Below are positions 27,201 to 40,900 of a DNA stretch of 64,000 nucleotides, one piece after another (the stretch's first letter is position 1; every line of letters starts with the position of its first letter). Below the pieces are notes generated by a model, which was not told the origin of the DNA, ran no database searches, and was given only the letters and a program-made list of their open reading frames with translations. The translations under genes were made by a program, and so were the position numbers. This DNA comes from Perna viridis (lineage: Eukaryota), in assembly GCA_037379345.1 (NCBI GenBank), contig CM074516.1:40461626-40525625 (forward strand), given 5' to 3'.

Positions 27201-30200
27201 AACCTATGAATCAATGGTTTTCTCCTATCAAAAATATATATAACCAACATAATATCAAAATATCAAAACTGTTGAATAATAAAATGCTTACAGCCTAAAA
27301 AGGTGAACCCTGAACAGCTGGGACACATTCTAACTTTTTGTAGCACCAAATTAAAATGGTGGTTAAATGTATGACACAGAATAAAATTTTGACCAGAATG
27401 AAAGTGATCGAAGTACTATAAATTTACAATTAGACAAAAAAAAGAGAAACTAATAGTAAGGTGTAGATCTTTATTTATGATCACTTTTTTGGTCCCAATT
27501 CTAAAAAGCTAAGACTCTGTAATCAAATAAATCCTACCTATTGTTTTATAAAATCTTGTAGACATACAATCACTATCACTCAAGTTTGTGACCAGAAAAC
27601 TGGGAAAATGATTGTTACTGGCTAATTCCTTAATGGTTCAAGTCACAACCCTTGTGATATGGAACCTTGTAGTAAAATTTTATAAAAATCAAAATATACA
27701 AGAACAGCAAGAACCATCATTCAAATAATGTCTATTAATATTTGCTACCTGGAGTATGATCTGCTGCTCCACTGTTTGTCTTCTAGGATGAGACTCCTTT
27801 CTCCCTCCTTCACTACTGGAGGACTCATGTTCATCATCACTCATCTCTGATACAGAATTCTTTGGCTGCACATTCTTCTCAGATACTGTAATATAAGGCA
27901 AGATCTAAATTTTGATGTACTCTATCCTTACCACTTCTGTATTATACAAGTCAGTGGTAGTCTGTGTTTATTAAATACATTTGATCAGGGGTGGGTTTCT
28001 CGAAGCTATCTTAGGGATAAGACGTGTCCTAAGACTATCTTAGGGATAAGATGTGTCCTAAGACTATCTCAGGATTTGTCTCTGTCCTAAGTTGTGTTCT
28101 TGAAGCCATCATAAGTTAAAACAAGTCGCAATTTTCATCCTAACTTTAGAATGACTAAATAGGTGTCTTAGGTTCATCTTATCGCCAAAAAGTTTGGATT
28201 TCTCTTATTCCCACATATCATTTATCACAGAATGACTGGCACGCATCGGTTCAAACATATTTTTAAGGAATGTGCTTGATTTTAAACTTTGACCCAAATG
28301 TTTCACGATTCAGTGACACTTTGCTACTGTTCCTATTTCTAATGTAACAATCGAAAATCAATAACTTTATTCAGTTTTTAAATTTACTCACATGCCAAAA
28401 AATAGGAAGCAATCATTTGATTTTTTTTATGCACCAAAAATATGAAACAAAACTTATTTGCAAAAAAAAAAAAAATCCATAGCCCCCCTCATATATGCAT
28501 TTTTGTTTATTTGATATAACAATATCAACCACTTACCTGTATTTAATATTTTTTAATAAAAACATAATTTAAATCATAATTTAAACATTTCACAAATCTA
28601 CTTAGGATGTCTTTATAACGTCTTAACTTGAGACATGTCTGAGATAGCGTTGAGACACAACATAACATTGTCATAAGATGATCTTAACTCCATCCTAAAG
28701 TTGGTCTTAGGATGTGACTTAGGACATATCTTAGGATAGCTTTGAGAACCCCATCCCAGGTTCCAAGGGCAATAATTTAAGCTTGCAATCCTTCAATACC
28801 ACTCTTGATATACTATTTATAAGGATAATGGATATGAGAAGTATGTCAAAGAGACAACAACCCCAACCAGTATGAAACATAATATCATATATACTCGAGT
28901 ATAAATAGATCCACCTTTAAGTTGGACCCCCATCTTCAGCCCAAAATTTCTGGAACCTAGCCTTGATTCACTTATTAGTCGGACTGATTTCTGACAGCTG
29001 CATCGCTAACATTCCTTACTCCTTATTACAATGAGTATACCAGTTTGTTTTGATAACTTCAATAAATATTGAAATAAATAATTCCAAGCTAGTATCAAGT
29101 AATTAAATTCTTGACGAGCCATGTGGATTGTTATGATACAGCCTTTTTCTCAATCATTCTAATTTTGGTACAAACAATAACCAAACTTAAAATCATAAAT
29201 ATAGTGAAAAACAAAGAATAAAACAGAAAGTCTATGATACTCTAACAACTCATTTGAAGATATTTCAGTTAGTTAAAGGTTTTATCTTCAAGAAATGAAA
29301 TTCATAAAAAGAATTGTAATTACCAACTAAAATACTTATTACTTTTGACACAAATTATGATACGTTATTGGGTCATGTTTCTATTACACCTTTGGGTTTT
29401 TGGCTATATGAGTGTACATGGGTAAAAATCAATACACAAAATGGATGAGTGGAAAATACAATAAAATCAGTAATGTGGCAAAATAAAGACTTAACAGTAA
29501 ATATTCTTTTAATGTATCATATCTAAGCAATAAAAGGCAGAAGATGAAGACAGTCTTCCTCCTATCAAGCTTTTGACATTTGCACTATATTGGTTCCACA
29601 AATTTATTGGAAATTAATGAAAAATACAACTTTTGTAGTCTCTGTAGTCTTCTTAAAATATCAAATGGCAAATACAATTAAATATTTTGCAATCAATTCC
29701 TCTAATAAAGGTACTTTAACTATGTATTGTTTACTTGTTTTATGAAATCATCAATACCTGAGTTGAGTAGACTATGTAACTTGTCAATGCTGGTTGTAAT
29801 CTCATCTGTCACACCACCACCTCTACTTATCTGTTCTAATGATCCTAACATGTCATTAATACAGGCTACACTAGTGATACACACCATGGTATCATTGCAG
29901 TGACAACTTTCCTGTATGGAGTCTACAATCCTAAAATAAAATGGCAAATAATATTGACTTCATCTGAAATTAACCATCAGTTCAGATCTGAATCTCTCAT
30001 TTTAATTCTTGTATTTTTAGATACTGTGGAAGTAGGTATTAATTTTAGAGTAAAAATTAAATTTCTATGGAGCCTTTTGACCACCTATATTTTGAATGGA
30101 GTATACACAATATAAATTTGTGGATATTGTCTGGACTTTCAACCATATTGATTCAACAAATATTGGAAGTTAATAAAAATACAAATTTCAAAATTTATGT

Positions 30201-33200
30201 CAGAATAGTGACCATGCAATCTTATCAATTTTTGCAAATTCATAACAAATATTATAAATCTGATGAAAAGTTGTTCACAAAAATTTAATGTTGTGCAAGC
30301 ATATGTATTTATTTGGTATGTCATTCTCTATTTTTAACTTAACTTGTACTTACAACTTGATAAGTGATATATCAGTGTATTGATTTTTTGTCACTGATTT
30401 TATATTGATGTCCTCTGTTGGCAAAGCTAAACCAAATATTCCACTTGGAGATTTCAATATCTGAAAAAAACCCAAAAAAAACCAGATGTGTACTTAAAGT
30501 TTCTGCTTACACCAGAACAATCTCACAATAGTAGTGTTAGTATAAAATTCACAATTCCTCCTCCTAAAGATCCAGTTCTACTGGTCCTTGAATTAAATAT
30601 GTTTAATGGAATGAACCAAACTCTAATTGAAACAGAAACAGCATGAGTATTCAAGGCTACATAAATTATATGCATTTTATTATAAATACACTATACAATT
30701 ATAATATATATTCTTAAATAAGTTGTATCTTACCTCTCTAACTGCCTTGAGAGCATCAAGTCTATGTTGTGCTGGTGGATATAACAACATACGATGGAAT
30801 ACTGACTCTAAAACAGGCCTCATAGACTCTGTTCTACCCATCAAGTCAACTAACGACAGGGCAATACTGCAATAAAATAAACACATCTCCATATCTACAT
30901 GTATTACATCTGAAAATTATGCCTTGGCATTCATAATCTTTTAATTAAGAGAAGCTGAAATATCTTCTTAAATTATCTTAAAATACTTAAATCTGTAGGT
31001 GTCATTTGCATAGATGCAGGTATTTAAAAGTGTAAGTTTTTGTAAGAATCATGCAATTTGGGAAAATCAGAATCATGCATGCATGTCATAAATTCACCGA
31101 TCTGCCAATACAAATTCACTGAAGGATGCTTTCTCTTTGAATATGAAAAGGCCATTGTTTGATCTCTGCATCAATGGATTTGCTCAGAAAATATTCAATA
31201 AAATGTTAGAAAAATGAGGTTTTTGACAGAGTAATCTGCCCTTAAAATGTTCATTCATTTTCAGTGCATTTCAATAAAATTATAACTCAATTTACCAACA
31301 TGATATGGAAAATCTTCTTCTGTTTCTTTCAATCCGATGTTGCAAATACTCAAATTACACTTTCAAAATGGTTGTTTTTTTATACCATGTTTCTTCCTTT
31401 GCCTGATTCTTACAGAGACTGACACATAAAGTAAGAACCAACATAACAATACACAATATTATATGTAGGAGACTAACCTGTAGACTGTTTTTGCAGTAGA
31501 CATTTGTAGATTAGGAGCTGATGAAGAACATCCTGAACCTCGCCCTATGTCTTCTGTTGGTGCATGCTTTGGAGATGAAGTTGTTTTCTCCATCTTAGGA
31601 TTTCCAAGCAAACAGATCAGAGAGGGACACAAACTCTTCCTACAAATACAGAGGAATCTTAGTAAAGAGCCGTAAGTTACTTATTTTTATTTATTTACTG
31701 AATTTTATTAAGAAAACAGAGAATTATCCTGGATTAATTATCAGAAAAAGTATCAAACTGCTATAAACTATAACTTTTTTTTATTGTTTATCAATTAACA
31801 TTACACTAAGAAAAAATAACTTGAATATTTTGAGTAGCTTCATATACCCCAGTTTCTTTGTGGACTCTGAACAAGTAAACACTAAATTGGAATGATACTT
31901 AATTTATGCACATCTACATATAGTAACAAACCTTCATGTAATTTTCACTGAAATCCACTGAACAACGTAGAATGAGTTGGAATTAAAAGCTTTTAATGAG
32001 AATTACCTCCTTGTGCATGTATCCTGCATAAAAATCTACTATTTAGATTAAGAGGAATTATATTTACAAGTTTGAAGGATAAACAGATTAAAAGACACAT
32101 ACAATGATTCCTATATACCCCTAAACTAATGTTCTTAGGAATATAATTGGATTGAAATGTTACACCCCATATTTCATTCTTTCTTTGTTATGTTAACACC
32201 TAATTCTATTTTAATGGCAAGTGAAGACAATGACTGGTGTAACACATACCAGAGAAGTTCCTGGAATGACGGATAACTCTGTATATCTGTAGGTATTTTA
32301 CTTAGTATTGTATTGATGGCTTCTAACAATAAAGGAGCAGCCTGTCTAATCTGAGTTGTGGAACTAAAAATATTATTAAAACACATGTTTATACTTCTAA
32401 AACAGAATTTTCAATAACTGACAACAAGGGAAAGTAACTATATTAGAACTATCAATTGTCACAATGTATCTATAATTTAATATACCGGTAAATTAATTTC
32501 AGTAATATCATGATGAAGAAAATCATCTGAGAATGTTAAAGAGTGGACCACATATTTAGTATTATTTTTTCATAGATAAAATAGTCTTTCTATATATTAA
32601 CACCAATGACATTTTTTTCATTCTGAATGTGGTTTTACAAAATCAAAGAAAAGCTTAAAAACATTACCTTGATGCTTGTTCAAGTTTTGAAGTGAAGAAT
32701 TTAAGAACTAAAACTATTTCTTTGTAACTAGCCTCAGACAAACCACTCTCTGAAATCAGACAAAAGTACATTAAAAAGAAAAAACAAATAATAAAAAAAC
32801 ATTTAATACATATTTTCAGTTGTTTGTTTTCTATGTTGAACCTTCCAACATTTATGCTAATAGAATTACAGCGATTAAAACAGTAAACTTTATAGAATAG
32901 AAAATTCTTCCCTCGGTAGAATGATCATTACCTAATGAATTAAAATGTCTCAGATTGTGTACTGGACTATGGAAAAAGAGATTTTAACTACCAGACATAT
33001 ATTCATCATATAATGGCCATTCAATCATGACAAGAATAAGTCAATGAAATAACTATTCAATCAGCTGTAACAGCATTTAACTAGAAATGAATACATCAAC
33101 AATCAACATTACATTCTTTGACCATACACATCTACTTACTGTGCACTAATAGGGTGTTATACACAAGTAGCATATAATAATCATATGATAATTAATATAC

Positions 33201-36200
33201 AATAGTCATATGATAATCAATTGATTCTCAAAAATTTTGGCTTGCTAACATATAACTACAATATATTTGTGAAAAACATGATTATCATGTGATAATCATA
33301 TGCTAATCACAACTGAATCATATGGTAATCATACCTTGATTCATAGTCAAATTTTGAACTTAATATGATTCTCATGTGTGGAAATTTTGGCTGTATATTA
33401 AGTTTCATACTGCAACCATTATATTTGAGCATTCAAAATGCATTGACTGCACTTTAACAAGTGATATACAGTCACTGACTGAATATAACTTTCTGTTGTA
33501 ATGTCACAAATGTTATATTGTTTTGAAGTTGCCAGGATGTCACCCATATCAAATAAAAAAAGTTGTTTTTCATATATATTTTTGTTGCAGTATAAAATAG
33601 TTACAGTGCACTGACTTGACAAAAACTTTAAAGTATATGTATTTAAATTTGTCCTCGTACTGGTAAAAAATGCTTGGCACAGCCTCACATTTTCCCATGG
33701 CTTTAAGGGCCACCTGTATATCAGTTTTATGTCAAGTCAGTGTATTACTAATCTAACACCAACCTTTACTGTTAAAATCATCCATCACACTAGCTTTCTC
33801 TTCACCCTGTTAGATAACAAGATGCCTGTGTTAGTAAGCAGCATGCCATGCACTTCATTCAATTGTTTTATAGAAATACTCTGTTTAAAAGTAGGCTTTA
33901 ATCAATGCATGAGAATTTAGATCTAGGTTTAAATTCTGTTACAGAATGGAACTAAGTCATAAAAAATATTATAGTTTAAAGATACTGAGTTAAGGAAGAT
34001 AATATGTAAAGCAATGTGGTAGCCATTCAAAAATGATTACACACACAGGAATAAAAGCAAATATTTGTAATACAATTACAGGTATATGATGGAAAAAACT
34101 TTTTTAAATAAACAATAAATACATCAATAAATATCCTATAGATACAACATACAGAAATAAAGACAATTTATAATTGATCATGTGCACTAAAATGTGTACA
34201 TAATATACTAGTGTCCGATTACATGAGTTTGTATTCTAATTCTCTGATATATTAGTCACCTAGTTAGTATTCCAACCCATGTTCTATATTGTAATGTTCA
34301 GTAACACATGTAGTGGTTACTATTTAGAATCAATTGGATATTCCTACACTATCAATATAAAGAAGTATCATATATTGCATTTAAATGCATGTTTTTACTA
34401 TTAGATGTTGAACTGAAATAAGATAGTATTCCTAGACTTGCTAGGAAGATTGTTTCTTGTAGTTAAAGATCTTCTTAATAACTATAGTTTGTAATTTATG
34501 GAACAAATCATATCAAAGACAAAGGTTTGATAAATATTTTGTACAGTATATTACTAGTTTCTAAAATGTTATAAGGATGTTCATAAACATTTTTTAAAAG
34601 AACTTAAAATTCATTCAAATTTATGCATCAAAATAATTTAAATGTACACAGGTAAAATATTTTTAAATAACTTTTAAACGATTTTCACCTAAAATGAGAA
34701 AGCAAATATATTTTTGTATTGAATTTTTACGTGAACTAAGTCTTTGCATGAATTTAATATGATAATTTTTGCATAAAAATCATGTTAAGTCAATTTTAAT
34801 TGAAAACTCACACAAATTTCGTGTAAAGCTCAATTAACATGAATTTAATGTGAATTATTTTTTCATGTGTAAAGACTACTATTTTAAAAGACTAATATTA
34901 CAATATATTCTGCTTTCTATATTCTGATTACATATAAATAGTATAATCAACATCAAATATATAAACGAAAGATTTACCCAGTTATCAGCATTTTCTACAT
35001 ATTTGAAAGCATGGTTATGAATAAATCTAAGATACTATGTATGGATAAACAACAACTCAATCTACATCATACTGTGATTGGGATTAAAGGAAACATGGGG
35101 CATATATTACATTCCACCTGAAAATTTCCTATTAAAAATGGAAATGTTCACAAAAATATGGCCCATTACAATTCTGAATATCAGTAAAAATGGCCCATTC
35201 ACAAAATTTCACATAGTTCTGAAATAAGGTTCCCAATTAGATCACTTTAAAGAACCTTACTTTGTTAAATCACAATGTTTTCTTAATAACAATATACAGT
35301 TTTTAATGGCTGACTCATAGAGGCAGGATAACATATTATCCCACTACAACACATTAATTGGACTCATGGCCAAGAAACCCTACCTCAAGCATTTATAAGA
35401 CTAAAAGGGGCAGAAAACAACTTTATAATGTGACTGGAATTCTGTTTTCCATATATCTATTTTTTTAACAAATGTTAGAGTACTAAATGACCCTTATATG
35501 CCAGTAACCTCTCATTATAAAATAACCTTCTAAAGGTATGTATTGCTTTAAAGGGAATATTGAATTTCAAGTTGTCATGATTAAGCAGTGCAGGGCACTA
35601 TCGAAACATAAGTGTAAAGAATTGAACACAGCAATACACAAAAAATTATGACAGCATCAGAACAAAAAAGACTTTAGAGTGACAGGTGTTAGTTTGTACA
35701 GATAAGCAAAAATACAACTTACAATTAGTGCATGCTGCATACCCACAAAAAATCTGCTTCTCTCATATTTTTTGTTTAAACATTTTTTCTCATAAATGGG
35801 TCTATTGTTGTAGAAAACTAGTAATCAATGAAAGCTGCTGTATAATTACAACTATTACTTCTAAATTATACAATAATAGTTACGTTTAACATGTATGTAT
35901 CTAGTATAACTTTATTTAAAATTGGAAAATAAGAATAAATGGCACATGACCAAAACAAATTATAAGACTTAAGGGTTTAACACTTATAATTAAATACTCA
36001 TCTATGTAAAAATGATGTTGAGCATTTTTTTTAACAGGTATGCAATTTTAGATATTAATACATATTAGATTCATCTGCACAATATTGAAACAAGCATGCT
36101 TTTGACAGACAGCCTTGTCTTACCCCCTTGTCTGGTAAAAACTTGTCAGTAAAGCTCCCCAATACTTGTGAAAGGGCAGCTGCAATTGCCCCCTTCACAC

Positions 36201-39200
36201 TGTGAGAGCTGCTCATAAATGTATCTATATACACCTGTTTTAAAATCCAAATAAGACATATTTTAAGGAGGTCAAAGTTTGGTGTTTTAAATAAGAAGTA
36301 GTTTTCTGTAGAAACATTTGATCAGACATTAACAAAAAGTACAGTTTCTAAAACTGAGAACAACTTAAAGACTTATTTGGAAGACAAATTTATAATATTG
36401 TACTGAACATCACATGTGATTAATAAAAGGGTTCTACAAGAATTCTTGAAACACCTCAGGTATTCATAACTCAAGTTATTTCAGTAAATACGAAAAAAAT
36501 ATACAGTCAACCGCGGTAACTCAAACTCCAAGGGACCATTGAAATGTGTTCGAGTTATCAGGAGTCCAAGAAAATGAAATTCGAATATTTACGTATTTTT
36601 TTCGTTGCCAGTCCACTTTTGACTTTATCGTTAGAAATTGCTTACTTCCTATGAAGCTGTGTTAGTTCATGGATCTTTTTCATTCATTTTCGGAAGATTA
36701 TGTTGATTTGTGGACATTAAAAATAATGTGTTCCCTTTTAAACCCGATCAGAGTTCAAGTTCCTTGGTCAACAATTTGTTTTCATCCAATTTTCTTTCAT
36801 GCTTTCTATCATACTGACTTCGGAACATTCTCGAACTTCAATCAGTGTTATGTTAAGATCAAACCTTCCTAATTAGTGATGACTTAAGTCATTACCTGTA
36901 ATTAACTAAAATGACACTGATTAATGATAGGGTTTCAGTTTTTCACACCTTTTATTACCAAAGCTGACAAAATGGTTGACGAGTTCGAGTGTGGGATATT
37001 CTCTAAGATTTATTAACGAACGGACCATCTAATCAGTTCGAGTATTCGAGAAATTGAAGTTGGAGAAATCCAAAGTTATTTATTGATTATATAGGACAAA
37101 AATTTTGGTACTTTGAATTGTGTTCGAGAAATCCCGGGTGTTCGAGCCATCCGAGTTCTAGCGAGCGAAGTTCGACTGTATTCACAGAATCGTATTAAAC
37201 ATGTTATAAATCTAAGTTTTATAAGGTAATAAATGTTTAATTCAAGGATTCCCACCACCAAATAAAAGATAACAAACAAATAGAACTGTCTCACCTGAGT
37301 TACTTTAGTAATGACACCTGCTGTCATACACCAAGATGCTGAGAAGGTCAAGGACAGTAACAACTAAAATAAATGTAATATTCAGTCAGAAGACTAATAC
37401 ATCAAAGTTTAAATAGCAATCGGACCAAAAGTTTACATTTATTTACATATTTATAACTTCACATTGTTTAAATATAAATGTTACTTCTAATCATACATTT
37501 ACTTCTGGCAATACTACAAACACATCTAGAATGTACCATTGTTCTATTTTTGTATGCAAGTTACCTTTAATCATATATACATTTTCTTACTTCCAGCAAC
37601 ATTTCATAGGACACTGCTTCAAATATTTCCCCATTTAAAAATAGATAATAATAGGATAACTAATTGGAAGGAGTGAATAACTCAAATATGATCACGAAGA
37701 ACTTGTTCCACGCACGAGTTAAATCTTACAATGTTCTTGGCATGAGTGATCATATTATGGTTATTCACTAAAACCAATTAATAATCTTATTTATTACATA
37801 GATTTACTTAATTTATTCGGTGCTATTTTCAACATAAATTTCAAATTTTGTGAACAGTGGATTGATTTTGAAGTTGTGACGCTTTGGCTGGAGAAAGTCT
37901 GAGAGTGAAATTACCGATATTTATTTAACAGTGTGAATTATTGAAATTTATTACACTGGGAACATTCGATAAAACACTACTACCTATATAATAAAAAAAG
38001 TTAACACCTTCCAGCCAACATTTCTTTCATAATTCTTTACCTTCATAACTTCGACCTGAACCTCTTCAGACAAAGTAGGAGTACAGAACACAGCATTTAA
38101 CACCTGAACTGGCATCCAGTATTCTTCACTCTCCGTCTCCATACTAGATCGAAATCTATCATCATCTAGCATTTTCTATTGAATTTAAAATCAGAATTGT
38201 TTGAATTAAACGACAAAGGTAAACCCTAAACATTCCACACAATACTTTATGATGATGTGTGTAATTATTGACTTGTGATGTCTAAAAAATTCCAGATATT
38301 TTTCCTAAAAAAAATGTACACAAACATTTTGCCATTATCTTCAGTATTCAACTGCACAAACACTGAAAATATTAAATAAAAACAGCAAAATCTAAGAAGC
38401 CAAATTCATGGCCAATATAATTAACCATCCATTTCCTTTAATTCTGATATTCTTCCATGTACCTGAATACCATGTACAGCATGAGTCCCCAACTTCTTAG
38501 ACTTAGTTTCCATTGCCAGTTGGAATGGTTCCAAACACTTCTCTCGCAGCAAATGGGTAGGTATCTTGTCCAACTCATCCTTATTGCCAAGCAAATCTGT
38601 CAAGAAATAAAATATAATGGTTTTACTGAAAAACTAAAAATGAAAGTTTGCTATATATCAATTTAAAGCTCATACATTTCCTTTATAATAAAGCTCATTA
38701 TTCAGTCTTCACTTTCAACTGCTAGTATAATTACTTTTTTTAGAGATGTCGAATCATAACTATACTTGATTGTACTATCTATCAACAATGTATATTAAAT
38801 GGCTTTTTTGTAACCTGAAAGAGTTAAGCAGAAAATATTTGGAAGCAAGTTTTCTAGGATGCCACAATGAATTCATTTGGCTCAGTAAATGATACAATGA
38901 AACAGCTCTTAGTCTCAAGTTCTTCAAAATATTTACATGAATAGTTTTCTTAATTAAGCAAGATATAATCTCCATTTCTCTTCTGCTTTTTATTTGTTAG
39001 GTTGGTTAATTCATATGACAAAATAGTACCTATAAGCAGTGTCAGGTTATAGGCTACAACCTGGGATGATTTTACAAGGTCAATAAAGCAGAAATGGCAA
39101 AATCAGAAGTCTCAAGGAAATATACAGTAAAAGAAAGAATCGTAATGAAAAAAACAAAATAGTGGAATTCTGCTACTAAGTGGAAAAAAATCCTCCCTGT

Positions 39201-39321
39201 ACTAAATTGTACATGTATGTTGAGTAGACTACTTACCTATAGCAGAACGACAAGCATATTTGATGCCTACATGTTTAGTAGATGAAACATCTGACAGGAG
39301 ATGTTTTAGTACCTCTTCCAT
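6285..39321 (-). CDS. ARFGEF3: Brefeldin A-inhibited guanine nucleotide-exchange protein 3 (BIG3/ARFGEF3), 34 coding exons, ~2080 aa
   Basis: Phase-consistent GT-AG exons, in transcript order: 39237-39321, 38463-38596, 38041-38175, 37295-37363, 36124-36234, 33764-33806, 32668-32749, 32250-32363, 31478-31639, 30734-30866, 30354-30460, 29758-29930, 27749-27885, 26832-27006, 26200-26366, 25808-25964, 25195-25305, 23649-23867, 22617-22851, 21834-21944, 21295-21477, 20695-20959, 20115-20294, 19506-19761, 18894-19065, 17532-18178, 17150-17320, 14083-14203, 13403-13631, 10592-10725, 10176-10297, 7660-8235, 7062-7375, 6285-6497. Peptides match BIG3: [65 protein letters not shown]-like [51 protein letters not shown]. 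Confidence 0.93.
8200..8560. repeat. 56/57-bp minisatellite spanning the acceptor of ARFGEF3 exon 7660-8235
   Basis: Six copies of CCTGTAATAAAATGTAAG(A)ACTTGATGATGTTCCTTACTGACAGGTGATTCAGAAGA, with unit starts at 8235, 8291, 8348, 8404, 8461, 8518. Confidence 0.9.
9176..10038. mobile_element. Non-autonomous hAT-type DNA transposon (MITE)
   Basis: Imperfect TIRs CATGGATCCAGAAA / TTTCCAGACCCTTG. Exact 8-bp TSD CTGCTATA at 9168-9175 and 10039-10046. Confidence 0.8.
11942..12328 (+). CDS. Nested antisense intronless gene, 128-aa uncharacterised helical protein with acidic C-terminus
   Basis: Clean ORF of protein-like composition inside ARFGEF3 intron 10726-13402, on the opposite strand. TATA-like TATAAATA at ~11485. 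Possible 5'-UTR donor GGTAAGT at ~11777. Confidence 0.65.
   Translation: MSVEGRFQQSTLTVMRRTEPTVTIVRGSRFQQLMRAQSYMRKARQQIDILENKLMDLHLMVEKSKVQDLPIVTAQINRRISIIEGVRGMYFEYIRRKTTEIAVPSRDLYDEDIINTLSLDDDDFTFNE
15290..16625 (-). mobile_element. Decayed non-LTR retrotransposon RT fragment (RTE-X-like) with an internal 171-bp tandem duplication
   Basis: [48 protein letters not shown]; [11 protein letters not shown]. Frameshifts present. Confidence 0.75.
22025..22519 (-). mobile_element. Complete TRIM (miniature LTR retrotransposon) with tRNA-like sequence in both LTRs (Helenus-type)
   Basis: Two TG...CA LTRs at 22334-22519 and 22025-22222. PBS TGGCGCCCAACGT (tRNA-Lys type) at 22319-22331. Polypurine tract AAGGTGGGGGAAA at 22223-22235. 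4-bp TSD ATAT on both sides. A box TAGCCCAATTGG and B box GGTTCGATCC within the LTR. Confidence 0.9.
24099..25014. mobile_element. Tc1/mariner-type MITE carrying a short RTE-X-like RT fragment (~24320-24485)
   Basis: TIRs TCGTATTTTCCGGACTGTAAATCG / CGACTAATAGTCGGGAAAATACAG, each flanked by TA. Confidence 0.65.
27035..27196 (-). repeat. Dispersed repeat, copy 1 of a Penelope-associated short repeat (also at 47800-47985 and 54440-54645)
   Basis: AAGAGTAATCAAGGGAACCAAG...GGACTCCACTAA is shared with the other two copies in this window. Confidence 0.75.
27989..28756. mobile_element. PIF/Harbinger-like MITE
   Basis: TIRs GGGTGGGTTTCTCGAAGCTATCTTAGG / TTAGGATAGCTTTGAGAACCCCATCC, 3-bp TSD CAG, subterminal CTTAG/CTAAG repeats. 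Confidence 0.7.
36504..37178. mobile_element. Tc1/mariner (pogo/Tigger-like) MITE
   Basis: TA-CAGTCAACC... and ...GTTCGACTG-TA ends; internal GTTCGAG repeats. Confidence 0.75.
37645..37797. repeat. Palindromic (fold-back) element, probable small MITE
   Basis: TAATTGG...AGTGAATAAC.CAAATATGATCAC mirrored by GTGATCATATTATGGTTATTCACT...CCAATTA. Confidence 0.55.
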
Positions 39322-39682
39322 CTTCTACATCTAAATCAAAGTAAAAACTAGAAATCATATTGTATTTATCTATTTATCATAGGCAGGAAAAGCTATCTAG
39401 TATCTACATTAAAGAAATGATCTTCACGAAAAGGTCCAACACTATTTAAGTCTAGATTGTTTCCCAATCAACTCAATGTAAAATGTTTTTGAAAGAAAAT
39501 AATTTCCCCACCTTCATACCCTATTTTTTTTCTTGCTGGTATCAGGAAACAAGACTATTATAACTTTTTTTGTCTAAGCTACATTTGATATTTTGTAAAA
39601 GCAACCATATTTTTCATGTATAAAAGTTCTGTCCAGGAGTTTATGAGAGGTTTGTTTAATGTAACAGCATTAAAAACAAAAA

Positions 39683-40900
39683 AATAGAGGCTCTAGAGAG
39701 CCTGAATCACTCAACTGCAATTGACTCCTAAGGTATATTTCTAGTAATGCAGCCATGTTTTTCACAACATCAAAAATCCCCACCCACAGATTGTTTAAGA
39801 TGTTCTACATAACATTCATGCTAAGATTTGTTTCAATCCATCCAGGAGTTTCAGAGGGGAAGATTTTCAAATTTAGAAATGTGCATGTAGAATTTGGAAA
39901 AAAATCCATTTCAGAACCCATAACTCATTCATTCCTCAACAGATCTTTCTGAAAATGTCAGCATGGGTCTGTCCCATCATGCTGAACAATTTTACCATCT
40001 GCCAGATTTAAGCTATAACCAAATCATTCATTAGATATTTGCAAAATCAAGCAATTTGACCCATATGGTCTATTTTCATTAACAGTAGCCATGTTTTTGC
40101 CAGATCAAGTATCCCCACTCAACATTCATACAAAGTTTTGTTACAATCTGTCAAGTAGTTTAAGAGAAGATGTTTGAAAAAGTTAAAAGACAACAACGGA
40201 CACACAGTGATGGCAAGGTGAGCTACAACACTACAAAAAGGTCATAACTCCAACATGGATCATCAGATTTTCACAAAAATTTGAACCACAGACAGATCTC
40301 ATCATGCTGAAAACTTTTAGCAAATCAGAATTTGGCTAAACCTTATAATTTTAGAAATATATATGCGAAACACTGCTGTCTGACCCCAAATGTTCTGTTT
40401 TTAGTAACAGTAGCCATGTTTTTTCGCAAATCAAAAATTTAAGCAGTCATTTTGTGACAGAAACCCTCAGGAACAATTGTATACCAACTTTCCTTGAATT
40501 CTGTCTTGTAGTTTATGAAAAGATTTTTTAAAGTAATTTAATCGAAAACAGCAAAAAATTCCAAAAAGGACAAGAACTCCGATATGGGATATTAGATTTT
40601 CACAAAAATTTGACCACAGATAGATTTTGTCATGCTAAACATTTAATGCTCTGTCAGAATTTTGATAAAGCTAAAGGTTTAAATGCAAAAAACTGCTGTC
40701 TGACCCTTGTTTTATTCTTTTTAGTAACTGCATCCATGCTTTGGACAGATCAAAAACTGAAGCATAAACTATGTGCAGGGTAGTATCCCTGAGAAAGAAT
40801 CCTGCCTTTTATTGAATTTTTTTTTAAGTACTTCCAGAGGACGTGTTTGAAAAAAATGTTAATAATGACAGATGCCATGTGGTGTCAATAGCTCATCAAC
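39683..40900. mobile_element. Degenerate Helentron/HINE-like non-autonomous element(s) with internal repeats
   Basis: Starts AATAGAGGCTCTAGAGAGCCTGAATCACTCA, as does the copy at 41840. Contains GGTGAGCT, recurring 'TAGCCATGTTTTT' satellite-like modules and ATAGCTCA. Confidence 0.55.
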
